A DNA stretch of 45,761 bases, from positions 1 through 45,761 of the forward strand of contig JAXDLF010000085.1 in NCBI GenBank assembly GCA_034666765.1, read 5' to 3'. Under the pieces are notes generated by a model. The model saw only the letters and a program-made list of their open reading frames with translations. It was not told where the DNA came from and did no database searches. A program made the position numbers and the translations under genes. The stretch is from Chloroflexota bacterium. Its GTDB lineage: Bacteria > Chloroflexota > Limnocylindria > P2-11E. Of this stretch, positions 1 to 8,010 are shown in pieces (the first letter of the stretch is position 1; the number at the start of each line of letters is the position of its first letter).

Positions 1-384
1 GACCTCGGCGGTGAGGTCCTGGTAGTCGAGGACGCGCTTGACGCTGTGCGAGATCTTGTCCAGCTCGAATGGCTTGGTGATGTAGTCGAACGCGCCGAGC
101 TCCATGGCCCGAATCGCGGCGTTGGAGCTGCCGAACGCGGTCATGATCAGGACGGCTGTCTTCGGATTCGTCGACTTGAGGCGGGCAAGCGCTTCGATGC
201 CGTCGAGCTCCGGCATCCGGACATCCATGATGACCAGGTCGGGGCTCGATTCCTTGACCTTTTCGACGACCTCGAGTCCAGTGGACGCCTCGAGCACAGC
301 GAATCCTTCGTCAGAGAGGAGCTGCTTCAGTAGGGACCGGATCGACGCATCGTCGTCGGCGACGAGGAGGGTCTTTTGCGCCAC
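1..384 (-). CDS. Response regulator, CheY-like receiver domain (partial; 3' part lies beyond the left window edge)
   Basis: My own translation of the minus strand from GTG at 384 gives VAQKTLLVADDDASIRSLLKQLLSDEGFAVLEASTGLEVVEKVKESSPDLVIMDVRMPELDGIEALARLKS...LIMTAFGSSNAAIRAMELGAFDYITKPFELDK. This shows the canonical DD/D/T/K receiver pattern with an NtrC/AtoC-like N-terminus. An in-frame stop lies at 436-438 upstream. It is absent from the ORF track because it is open-ended. Confidence 0.8.
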   Translation of the reverse strand, partial: MAQKTLLVADDDASIRSLLKQLLSDEGFAVLEASTGLEVVEKVKESSPDLVIMDVRMPELDGIEALARLKSTNPKTAVLIMTAFGSSNAAIRAMELGAFDYITKPFELDKISHSVKRVLDYQDLTAEV

Positions 385-538
385 TGTCTGTACGGTTCCG
401 TCCCAGGAGCAGCGTGAAAGTCGGTTACACGACCCCTAGCGCTCCTCAGAGTTGCCCCGGTTGTCCCGCACAGCGTACAGGTTGTCAAGTTCGGCAGTCG
501 GTAGAGCGAGCCGGCGTCGGCAAGTGACCGACTTTCGG

Positions 539-1741
539 TCAGGCGACCTCGCTGATCGCCGGAACGAACCGCGCAGCGTAGAGGGCGGTCGCGAGAGTGA
601 TCCCGCCGGCGATTCCGATCAGCAGGCCCGCGTCGAGCCGATCGGCGAGGGCACCGCTGATCAAGATGATCGGCAGCCACGAGAGATTGAGGAGGGCGAT
701 GCGAGCCCCGAAGACGCGGGCCCGTAGCTCCGGCGGCGTCACTTCCTGCGAGATCGTGATGTTCGGCACGACGAAGACCACGTTCGCGACGCCCATCAAG
801 AAGAAGATGACCATCGCCGGCAGCAGGCTGGGGGCGAGGCCAAGCAGGATCAGAAGTGCGCCGTACGCGCCGAACCCAGCGATCAGAAGCTGTCCTTTGC
901 GGAACTGAGTCATGTACTCCGGCAGGGTCAGGCTCGCGCCAACCGCCCCGGCGGCGAGCGCCGCCTCGGCGACGCCGAACAACGCCGCGCCGAAATCGGC
1001 GTCCCCGTGGGCGAACCGCCGGACGAGGTACACGGGCGTGAGCCCGTTCACCACGGGTAAGGCGAGCTGCGCAGCGAGCGAGAAGTATGTGTTCATGCGC
1101 AGGATCGGCTGCCGCATGAGAAAGCGCACTCCTTCGACCGCGTCGGCATAGAGGTGCGCGAGGCGGGAAGCCTTCGTCTCGCCGGGTCGCACTCGGAGGC
1201 CAGCGAGCAGGATCGCCGAGAGAGCGAACGTCGCAGCATCGAAGTAGAAGGCCGCGGCGCCGATCGTCGCGACGAGAAAGCCGGCCGCGAGTGCTCCCAA
1301 GATCTCGACGATCCGGTCCGTCGCCGCGACGCTGGAGTTCGCGGACGCGAGATGGTCGGCTGAGACCAGTTGAGGAATGATGGCGATGCGCGCTGGATTG
1401 AAGACCGCCGCAAAGAAGGCAGCGACAAAGACCAGAACGTAAATGAACATGAGCGGCGCACCAATTGAGAGCAGGTACGGAATCGCTCCGATAAGCGCCG
1501 CCCGTGCGACATCGCTGACGAACATGGCCCGACGGTGGCCGAGGGCATCGGCAAGCGCACCGGCGAAGAACCCGAAGACGGCGGTCGGTACCGTGGCGAT
1601 GACCACCGCTAGAGCGGTAAACAACGCGGAGTTCGTACGTTGGTAGGTCACCGTAGCGAGCGCGATCAGCGTGATGGGGTCGCCGAAGCGACTGATCGCC
1701 TGCGCAAGCCAGAAGGCGCCGAACTCTGAGCGGCGAGTCAC
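539..1741 (-). CDS. MFS transporter (EntS/MFS_3-like, about 12 TM)
   Basis: A 400-aa ORF, very hydrophobic. The N-terminus FGAFWLAQAISRFGDPITLIAL and ...FFAGALADALGHRRAM are typical of MFS_3 exporters. The GTG start at 1741 overlaps the upstream stop (GTGA). Confidence 0.85.
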   Translation of the reverse strand: MTRRSEFGAFWLAQAISRFGDPITLIALATVTYQRTNSALFTALAVVIATVPTAVFGFFAGALADALGHRRAMFVSDVARAALIGAIPYLLSIGAPLMFIYVLVFVAAFFAAVFNPARIAIIPQLVSADHLASANSSVAATDRIVEILGALAAGFLVATIGAAAFYFDAATFALSAILLAGLRVRPGETKASRLAHLYADAVEGVRFLMRQPILRMNTYFSLAAQLALPVVNGLTPVYLVRRFAHGDADFGAALFGVAEAALAAGAVGASLTLPEYMTQFRKGQLLIAGFGAYGALLILLGLAPSLLPAMVIFFLMGVANVVFVVPNITISQEVTPPELRARVFGARIALLNLSWLPIILISGALADRLDAGLLIGIAGGITLATALYAARFVPAISEVA

Positions 1742-2250
1742 CGCCGAATGAGTAACACGAATGGGACGAGGAATCCGCCCAATGCGATGCAGAAGTCGCC
1801 GACGCTGTACACGGCGTGTACGAGCGGCACCGGAATGATGTCCGCGAGTGTGGAGAGTACGGTCGTGTCGGTAAGCAACACGTGAAGGGCGTCCGACGGC
1901 ATGAACGCCCCGGCAGTTGCGACGGCTCCTGGATCGACCGGCATCCCATGGTTAGCGAGCACGACGGCCAGGTTCAGCGCACCCCCGAATGCGACGAGCC
2001 CAGCACCGATGAGTCGGACGTTCGCGGCCGCGCCGACCGCTGTCGCCGCGAGCGCGAGTACGTAGAGCGGAAATGCGATTGCCGGGAAGAATGGCGCTCC
2101 CGCTCGGATCAGCAGGCCGGCAATAAGGAGGGGTAACCATCGGAAGTGGACCGCAAGTAGGGGCCGCCAACTGCGGCCGACTGCGAAGCCTGCGATTACG
2201 CCGAGAATCGCCCCACTAGCCAGCATGCGCGTCGCGTACGAGGGGCTCAC
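1738..2250 (-). CDS. Small polytopic membrane protein, tentatively DUF5317-like
   Basis: A 170-aa hydrophobic ORF with 4-5 predicted TM segments, wedged between the HD-GYP gene and the MFS gene with overlapping junctions. The DUF5317 assignment is from memory of that family's size and its neighbourhood with HD-GYP genes, and is unverified. An alternative start is ATG at 2226. Confidence 0.6.
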   Translation of the reverse strand: MSPSYATRMLASGAILGVIAGFAVGRSWRPLLAVHFRWLPLLIAGLLIRAGAPFFPAIAFPLYVLALAATAVGAAANVRLIGAGLVAFGGALNLAVVLANHGMPVDPGAVATAGAFMPSDALHVLLTDTTVLSTLADIIPVPLVHAVYSVGDFCIALGGFLVPFVLLIRR

Positions 2251-3577
2251 GAGCCAGCCGGCGACGCAGCTCGGCGAGCGTCTCGTAATTGATCGGCGGC
2301 AGCTCGCTCACTTCGAACGCGCCCGGCCCGCTCTTCGCGAGCAGTTGCTCCAGCGAGCGAACGATCTTCGGGTCGAACTGGATCCCCTTGTACTTGTTCA
2401 GCTGCTCGAGCGCCTTCTCGTGACCGATCGCCTTCCGGTAGATCCGGTCGGACGTCATAGCCTCGTACGCGTCGGCCACGATGATGATGCGCGACCCGAT
2501 GGGGATGCCCTCGCCCCGAAGACCTTCTGGATAGCCCGAACCATCAAAGTTCTCGTGGTGGTGTAGGACCATCTGAACCAGCGGGCGCAACGCGGCCGAA
2601 GGCTCCAAGATCGACGCGCCGTAGATCGGGTGGCGGCGCATCAGCTCCTGTTCGTCGGCGTCCAGGCGCATCGGCTTCATCAGAATGCGGTCTTCGACAC
2701 CGATCTTTCCGATGTCGTGGAGCAAGCCCGCCAGCTCGATGCGCTCGATGTCGGCCTCGCCGACGCCCATCTCGCGAGCGAGCGCTCCGGCAATCCGCGA
2801 CACGCGGTCCGCGTGACCGCGAGTGAACCCATCCTTCGCGTCGATCGCCTGCGAGAGCGCGCTGACGGTGCCGAAAAAGAGCTCGCGGGTCTCCGCGTAC
2901 TTCGTGAACGTGTATCGCGCCAAGAGGAGCGGAACAAGAAATGGAAGCGTGGCCCAGTAGCCGACCGCGATCGCAATTTGAGCCATCAGCCAACCCATAG
3001 GTACTTGGCCCAGTAGGCCGACGGCGACTTGCCGCACCGAAACTGCCCAGACCTTCCCAAACGGCGAGCGGGTTCGGACGCTCGCGGCGAGCACACTGAG
3101 CAGGTTGTTGATGAGCGCGAATGCCGCACCAACGATCACGATCTGAGCGAGCGCGCCCCAGGCGTCACCGGGTCTGACCCATGGCGACGTAACGTCGAGA
3201 ACCAACCACCCGCCGAATGCGGAGACGACGAAGTTGGCTCGATTGAAGAGGACGCCATACCAAGGCACTTCACCCCGGAGGTCTCGGAATTCGAAGGTGC
3301 CGAGCGCCGCGATCAAGCAGACAGCCAGAGGGTTGGCGATGGATGTGTCGAACAGCGCTGCGAGCAGAGGGGCGGTGTTGAGGTGAGCCCGAACGCCACC
3401 CGGCAGCTGGACGCGGCCATAAGACGCGATCAGCGTTACGACAATCCAAAACACGACCGGGCCAAGATCAAAGTTGGTCGGCGGAGGGATGAGAAGTCTG
3501 GCAAGGATGAGTGCGGCGCCGCCAATGACGACAACGAGCATGACCTTCTCGTCGGCAGCTACACGCTTTCCCTCCAC
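2216..3577 (-). CDS. Membrane-anchored (7TM-type) HD-GYP domain phosphodiesterase (c-di-GMP turnover family)
   Basis: The C-terminal half carries HADRVSRIAGALAREMG...LAGLLHDIGKIGV...RRHPIYGASIL...VLHHHENFDGSGYPEGL...IIIVADAYEAMTSDRIYRKA, which covers the HD, HHE and GYP motifs. The N-terminal ~230 aa is multi-TM. The start is GTG at 3577 (alternative ATG at 3541). Confidence 0.9.
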   Translation of the reverse strand: MEGKRVAADEKVMLVVVIGGAALILARLLIPPPTNFDLGPVVFWIVVTLIASYGRVQLPGGVRAHLNTAPLLAALFDTSIANPLAVCLIAALGTFEFRDLRGEVPWYGVLFNRANFVVSAFGGWLVLDVTSPWVRPGDAWGALAQIVIVGAAFALINNLLSVLAASVRTRSPFGKVWAVSVRQVAVGLLGQVPMGWLMAQIAIAVGYWATLPFLVPLLLARYTFTKYAETRELFFGTVSALSQAIDAKDGFTRGHADRVSRIAGALAREMGVGEADIERIELAGLLHDIGKIGVEDRILMKPMRLDADEQELMRRHPIYGASILEPSAALRPLVQMVLHHHENFDGSGYPEGLRGEGIPIGSRIIIVADAYEAMTSDRIYRKAIGHEKALEQLNKYKGIQFDPKIVRSLEQLLAKSGPGAFEVSELPPINYETLAELRRRLAREPLVRDAHAG

Positions 3578-3626
3578 GGCGGCGAGTATGGCGGAGAAAG
3601 CGACAAGTTGAGGGGCTAGAAACGAA

Positions 3627-3651
3627 AAGGAGACCGCAAAACGGTCTCCTT
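3627..3651 (-). terminator. Rho-independent terminator (minus-strand specific) downstream of the 25-aa sORF
   Basis: The minus-strand RNA reads AAGGAGACCG-UUUUG-CGGUCUCCUU, a perfect 10-bp stem, followed by UUCGUUUCU. The plus-strand version has no U tail. Confidence 0.6.
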
Positions 3652-3690
3652 CACGCGCGCGCTATGCGCCTTGTGGCGCGGAAAAGCGGT

Positions 3691-3768
3691 CTAGTAGCCG
3701 GTGGTCCCGGCGCCCGCCCCGATGACCATAGCCGCGAGGGCCACGAGAGCTGTAATGAACCGACGCAT
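3691..3768 (-). CDS. Candidate small hydrophobic protein, 25 aa (MRRFITALVALAAMVIGAGAGTTGY)
   Basis: It is not in the ORF track because it is too short. The ATG at 3768 is preceded by the SD motif GGGAGG with a 5-nt spacer (AAAGGGAGGCUCAU-AUG). The stop is TAG at 3691-3693, and the terminator hairpin lies 40 nt downstream. It encodes one predicted TM helix after an N-terminal RR. Confidence 0.45.
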   Translation of the reverse strand: MRRFITALVALAAMVIGAGAGTTGY

Positions 3769-3906
3769 ATGAGCCTCCCTTTGCCGAGCTTCAAGAGGTA
3801 ACTCGGCGGCCTAGGGGGCAGGCTTAAGGGGCGGCGAACGTCTGATACCGGACGGAAATCCAACGGAACGTCACGAAGTGGCGATTGCCGGCGAATTTAG
3901 GCCCAT

Positions 3907-4236
3907 TTAGAGCCTTTCGTATCGCGCAACATCCAGAACGAAGACGGTGGCGCCGCCAAAGGACACCTCGACGGGGTACGGCATGTAGAACTCACCCGGC
4001 TCCATGATCGGCGGCATCGGGTTGATGAACTGCTGCCGGGCGTGACACGTCTCGCGGATGACCGCCAGGACATCGTCGACCTGGGCTTCCTCGACCCCCA
4101 CCAGGACCGAGGCGTTGCTCTGCTTCAGGAACCCGCCGCTCGAGTGGAGGCGCGTGACGCGGTACTCCTTGTCGGTGAGCGCATCGACCAGCGCACCGGC
4201 GTCTTCGCCGTGGACGATCGCGACGACAAGCTTCAT
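3907..4236 (-). CDS. darA: Cyclic-di-AMP receptor DarA (PII-like, YaaQ/DUF970 family)
   Basis: The 109-aa protein reads MKLVVAIVHGEDAGALVDALTDKEYRVTRLHSSGGFLKQSNASVLVGVEE...YMPYPVEVSFGGATVFVLDV. It aligns along its length with my recollection of B. subtilis DarA (MKLIVAVVQDQD...[26 protein letters not shown]...VPYPVEVEVGGATVFVLPV). It lies directly downstream of tmk, as in Bacillus. Confidence 0.9.
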   Translation of the reverse strand: MKLVVAIVHGEDAGALVDALTDKEYRVTRLHSSGGFLKQSNASVLVGVEEAQVDDVLAVIRETCHARQQFINPMPPIMEPGEFYMPYPVEVSFGGATVFVLDVARYERL

Positions 4237-4883
4237 GGCGGCGTGAGCGTAGCAGTGGGCAGCAGGCGCTCCACCTCGTTCCGGACGTCCGCCGCGACGG
4301 CGTCGACGTCGCGGTCGGCACGGATCACGACGAATCGGCGCGGTTCGGCGGCCGCGAGCCGCAGGTAGCCCTCGCGCACCCGCTCGTGGAACGCGCGCGC
4401 CTCGGACTCGAACCGGTCCCAGGCCCGGCCTGGCTTCCGACTGTTCGCACGCTGCTCGGCCGCCTCGACCGGCAGGTCCAGGAGAAGGGTCAGGCGCGGA
4501 CGGACATCGCCCACCGCGAAGTCGGTCACCGCGCGGAGCTGATCGAGATCGGCGCCGTGCCCGAACCCCTGGTAAGCGAGCGTCGAGTCGTAGAACCGGT
4601 CGACGATCACGATCTTGCCCGCGTCGAGCGCCGGACGGATCACGTCTCGCACCAGCTGCGCGCGGGCGGTGCTGTACAGCAGCGCCTGCGCGTTCGGCGC
4701 GAGCGGGATCTCCGGCGCGTGGAGGACGATGTCGCGAACCCGTTCGCCGACCGGCGTGCTACCCGGTTCGCGCACCGAGACGACGTCGCGGCCGTCGGAG
4801 CGAAGCCAGTCGGCGAGGCGCTTCGCCTGGACGGACTTCCCGGAGGCTTCCCCGCCCTCGAACGAGAGGAAGAGGCCGGTCAC
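4233..4883 (-). CDS. tmk: Thymidylate (dTMP) kinase
   Basis: FLSFEGGEASGKSVQAKRLADWL is the P-loop, followed by REPGSTPVGERVRDIVL and the DRFYDSTLAYQG motif. It has 4-nt overlaps with both neighbours. Confidence 0.95.
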   Translation of the reverse strand: MTGLFLSFEGGEASGKSVQAKRLADWLRSDGRDVVSVREPGSTPVGERVRDIVLHAPEIPLAPNAQALLYSTARAQLVRDVIRPALDAGKIVIVDRFYDSTLAYQGFGHGADLDQLRAVTDFAVGDVRPRLTLLLDLPVEAAEQRANSRKPGRAWDRFESEARAFHERVREGYLRLAAAEPRRFVVIRADRDVDAVAADVRNEVERLLPTATLTPP

Positions 4884-6397
4884 CTATAGATCTGGACGCG
4901 GCGGTAGGGCTCGTGACCGGTGCTGCGCGAGCTCAGATTCGCCCGCTCGATGAGCTCGTGCTGCAGCTTCCGCACGTACGCGTTCTGTGGCTCGAGCTCG
5001 ACCTCATCCCGACCGCCATTCGCGACGGCGTCGATGCCCTCGCGGGTCTCGTCCATCGCATCCTCTTCCGGCCCGCGCCGCAGCTCGAAGACGCTGGTGA
5101 GCGCGCTCGCGATCTGCGAGGAGGAGTTGCTCCGCGCCACGTAGATCGGGACCCCGCTCGACTCCGCGTTCCGGAGCCGAGGTGTCTTGCGCCGGTAGTA
5201 GTTCTTCAGCGTGATGACGACATCCGCGTCCTCGGGCTCGCGCACGATCGCGACCGGGAGGTTCAGGCCTCGCGCGGCGTCCTCGAGACGCGACCAGGAG
5301 ATCCCGAACGGATAGACCTTCACCGTCTCGCGTGCGCCCATGCTCGGTGCGCGCGGCGTGCTTCGTCGCTCGACGGCGTCGGCCGGCTCGCGTGAGGCTC
5401 GCCCGCTGGAGACCTTCACGTCGCCGGTGCCGTCGCGCTCACGCAGCTCCGGCGCGACGGGATTTCCCAGGAGAACCGCGTCGACCGTCTGGGCCACGTC
5501 GTGATAGATGGCGACCTTCTGATAGCCCTGGATCTCCACGAGCACCTGGAACGTCGGCGGCGCCTTGCGCTCGAGCACGGACTTCTGGGTACCGCGGCGG
5601 CGTGCCTCCTCGTCGCCGAGGGTCACGGTCTGGATGCCGCCGATGAGGTCGGAGAGGGTTGGGTTGAGCATCAGGTTCTCGAGGGCGTTGCCGTGCGCGG
5701 TCGCGACCAGCTGCACGCCCCGCTCGGCGATGGTCCGGGCGGCCTGCGCCTCCTGCTCCGTGCCGATCTCGTCGATGACGATGACCTCGGGCATGTGGTT
5801 TTCGACCGCTTCGATCATGACCGCGTGTTGCAGGGTCGGCGTCGAGACCTGCATGCGGCGCGCGCGGCCGATCCCCGGATGCGGGATGTCGCCGTCACCG
5901 GCGATCTCGTTCGAGGTGTCGACGACGACGACGCGCTTCTTGAGATCGTCGGCCAGAACGCGAGCAACCTCGCGGAGCAGCGTCGTCTTGCCAACCCCTG
6001 GCCGTCCGAGCAGCAGGATGCTCTTCCCCGCCTCGACGACGTCGCGGATGATCTCCATCGTCCCGTACATCGCGCGGCCAACACGGAGGGTGAGGCCCAC
6101 GACCTTGCCCGCCCGGTTCCGCAGCGCGCTGATCCGGTGCAGGGTCCGCTCGATACCGGCGCGGTTGTCGCCGCCGAACTGCCCGATGCGCGAGATGACG
6201 TACGCGAGGTCTTCCGCGGTCACTTCACGGTGGGACAGCTGCTCCTCCCGCCCGGCGAAGCGCGCCTCGGGAGTGCGGCCGAGATCCATGACGATCTCGA
6301 GGAGACCGTTGAGATCCGCGAGCGCCCGCACCCGCTGGCACAGGTCAGGGGGGAGGGAATCCAGGATCGCGTCGAGGTCGTCCCGCTCGGTCGTCAT
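4880..6397 (-). CDS. AAA/P-loop ATPase with C-terminal R3H nucleic-acid-binding domain (SpoIIIAA/Ycf45-like), function unknown
   Basis: Walker A is LLLGRPGVGKTTLLRE and Walker B is VIVIDEIGT. ATAHG and the SpoIIIAA-like core are present. The C-terminus YVRKLQHELIERANLSSRSTGHEPYRRVQIY is R3H-like. Confidence 0.85.
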   Translation of the reverse strand: MTTERDDLDAILDSLPPDLCQRVRALADLNGLLEIVMDLGRTPEARFAGREEQLSHREVTAEDLAYVISRIGQFGGDNRAGIERTLHRISALRNRAGKVVGLTLRVGRAMYGTMEIIRDVVEAGKSILLLGRPGVGKTTLLREVARVLADDLKKRVVVVDTSNEIAGDGDIPHPGIGRARRMQVSTPTLQHAVMIEAVENHMPEVIVIDEIGTEQEAQAARTIAERGVQLVATAHGNALENLMLNPTLSDLIGGIQTVTLGDEEARRRGTQKSVLERKAPPTFQVLVEIQGYQKVAIYHDVAQTVDAVLLGNPVAPELRERDGTGDVKVSSGRASREPADAVERRSTPRAPSMGARETVKVYPFGISWSRLEDAARGLNLPVAIVREPEDADVVITLKNYYRRKTPRLRNAESSGVPIYVARSNSSSQIASALTSVFELRRGPEEDAMDETREGIDAVANGGRDEVELEPQNAYVRKLQHELIERANLSSRSTGHEPYRRVQIYR

Positions 6398-7407
6398 CTC
6401 ACCACCGCCGGCGCCAACGCCGGCTCTTCGATGCGAACGGCCAGTTCCTTGACGAAGAGCATAGCGGTCGCAACCTCGCGGAAACCCTCGGACAGGAGCG
6501 CGCGCGCGACGTGCTCCTCGTACGAGCGCACCGGCGACGTGATCGGCCTGCCGCTTGGCAGCTCGAGTGTCGTGGCACGCACCACGTCACGCGCGAGCTC
6601 CGTGTCTCCGTCGACGGACCGAGCCTTCACCACGTGCGGGTGGCTGTCGAGACCGCGGAAGCTCACGCCGAACGCGGTGAGGCGGCCCTCGCCACCCACG
6701 ACCATCGCGGTCTCGCGGCGCATCGCCAGCGGATTCCCACTCACCAGGAACGGCGGATCGAAGGCGCCGGCCCGCCGCCCGATGTCGAAGTCCTCGACGC
6801 TGAGCTGCTCGGCGCGCTGCACCGCGTGGGGCGTCGTCGCCGCGTAGAAGCGGAAGAGATCGTGCGCGTCCCGGCGGCGCGCGTAGTGGCCGTCGAGCTT
6901 GCGCGCGGGAGCGCGGAGCGGCGCGCGCGGCGCCGCATACCAGGTCTCGCGGGTGTAGGAGTAGAAGCCGGCCTGGAAGAACGTTTCCCGCGCGCGCGCC
7001 GCGCCCGCGGCCGGTGCGGTGAGGCTCGCGTCGGCGACGGCGCCGTAGAGCCGGAGCTGCCCGTGCTGCGCGGCGGACGCCGAGATGTGCGACAGCAGCT
7101 TGAACGAGCCCTCGGCCCCGCCCGGATCAGGGACGGCCGCGAGGGCCAGGATCACCCACTCGGGCCTCCGGCCGTTGTAGATGAGGGCGACGGCGCAGAG
7201 CCGGCTGCGGTACTCCTCGACGTATAGCCGCAGCCGGCCACGCATCCCCAAGGTGCCCGGGAGCAGCTTCCACCACCCGGCCAGGGCCCCCGAGATGAGC
7301 GGCTGCGGAAGCACCGACCCGACGATCGCGTCGGGCTCACGGCTCGCGCTCGCGAGGAAGCGGGTCACGCGCGGCAGGTCCGTTGCGATCGCGGCACGGA
7401 CCGGCAC
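6394..7407 (-). CDS. Hypothetical protein, possibly a tandem GNAT-like acyltransferase fold
   Basis: A 337-aa ORF. Its GTG start lies 3 nt after the pdxT stop, and an ATGA overlap couples it to the next gene. The N-terminus IATDLPRVTRFL and two ...GF(Y/R)E... segments resemble GNAT termini. There are no decisive motifs. Confidence 0.55.
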   Translation of the reverse strand: MPVRAAIATDLPRVTRFLASASREPDAIVGSVLPQPLISGALAGWWKLLPGTLGMRGRLRLYVEEYRSRLCAVALIYNGRRPEWVILALAAVPDPGGAEGSFKLLSHISASAAQHGQLRLYGAVADASLTAPAAGAARARETFFQAGFYSYTRETWYAAPRAPLRAPARKLDGHYARRRDAHDLFRFYAATTPHAVQRAEQLSVEDFDIGRRAGAFDPPFLVSGNPLAMRRETAMVVGGEGRLTAFGVSFRGLDSHPHVVKARSVDGDTELARDVVRATTLELPSGRPITSPVRSYEEHVARALLSEGFREVATAMLFVKELAVRIEEPALAPAVVR

Positions 7408-7410
7408 GCG

Positions 7411-8010
7411 CTAGCTCCGACCGAGCTTCAGGAAATATTCGTGGAAGCGGCCGTCGTGCGTGAGCTCCGGATGGAACGACGTGGCCATGAGGTGGCCCTG
7501 GCGAGCCGCGACGATCGTTCCGTCCTCGAGGGCCGAGAGGACCTCAACCTCCGGCCCCACCCGTTCGATGAGCGGCGCGCGGATGAATACGGCGTGGAAC
7601 GGCTCGGACCCGAGCTGCGGGACATCGAGGTCGGCCTCGAACGAGTCCAGCTGCCGGCCGAACGCGTTGCGCCGCACCCGGATGTCCATGAGCTCGGCGA
7701 GGGGATGCGGATGACCGGGAACGTCGCGGGCGATGAAGATCGCGCCGGCGCAGGTCCCCCACACGGCCATGCCATCCGCGACGCGCTCGCGGAGCTTCGG
7801 GATGAACCCGTACTGCGCGGCGAGCTTGCCGATCGTCGTGCTCTCGCCGCCGGGGATGACGAGGGCATCGATCGCATCGAGCTGCTCCGGCCGGCGGACG
7901 TCGACGGCATCGGTGCCGAGGCGCTGGAAAGTGTCGATGTGCTCGCGGAAGTCGCCCTGAAGACTGAGGACGCCGGCGCGAGCTAAGCGATCACCAACCG
8001 CGGACGGCAA
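7411..8010 (-). CDS. pdxT: Pyridoxal 5'-phosphate synthase, glutaminase subunit PdxT
   Basis: [12 protein letters not shown]...[15 protein letters not shown]...[11 protein letters not shown]...ATSFHPELT are class I amidotransferase/PdxT motifs. The track ORF (to 8205) is over-extended through pdxS. The only in-frame start near the family N-terminus is TTG at 8010, giving a 20-nt overlap with pdxS, so the start is uncertain. Confidence 0.85.
   Translation of the reverse strand: MPSAVGDRLARAGVLSLQGDFREHIDTFQRLGTDAVDVRRPEQLDAIDALVIPGGESTTIGKLAAQYGFIPKLRERVADGMAVWGTCAGAIFIARDVPGHPHPLAELMDIRVRRNAFGRQLDSFEADLDVPQLGSEPFHAVFIRAPLIERVGPEVEVLSALEDGTIVAARQGHLMATSFHPELTHDGRFHEYFLKLGRS

Noticed and set aside
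385-538. Possible structured RNA or inverted repeats (CTGTACG ... CGTACAG, AGTCGGT ... ACCGACT) between the response regulator and the MFS gene.
   Set aside because: The arms are short (7 nt) and widely spaced, with no supporting U-tract or conservation evidence. This is compatible with chance plus an ordinary promoter/terminator region.
3651-3863. A 70-aa track ORF in the darA/HD-GYP intergenic region.
   Set aside because: It is in a different frame from the SD-preceded 25-aa sORF. It runs through the terminator hairpin and has no SD, and its product is Pro/Arg/Ser-rich. The short sORF explains the signals better.
3769-3906. A possible riboswitch (c-di-AMP/c-di-GMP class) in the ~135-nt leader upstream of the sORF, given the neighbouring cyclic-dinucleotide genes.
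   Set aside because: I could not recognise conserved cores of the GEMM-I/II or ydaO classes by eye. I saw only a short hairpin before the SD. Testing this needs a covariance-model search (Rfam/Infernal), so it is not called.
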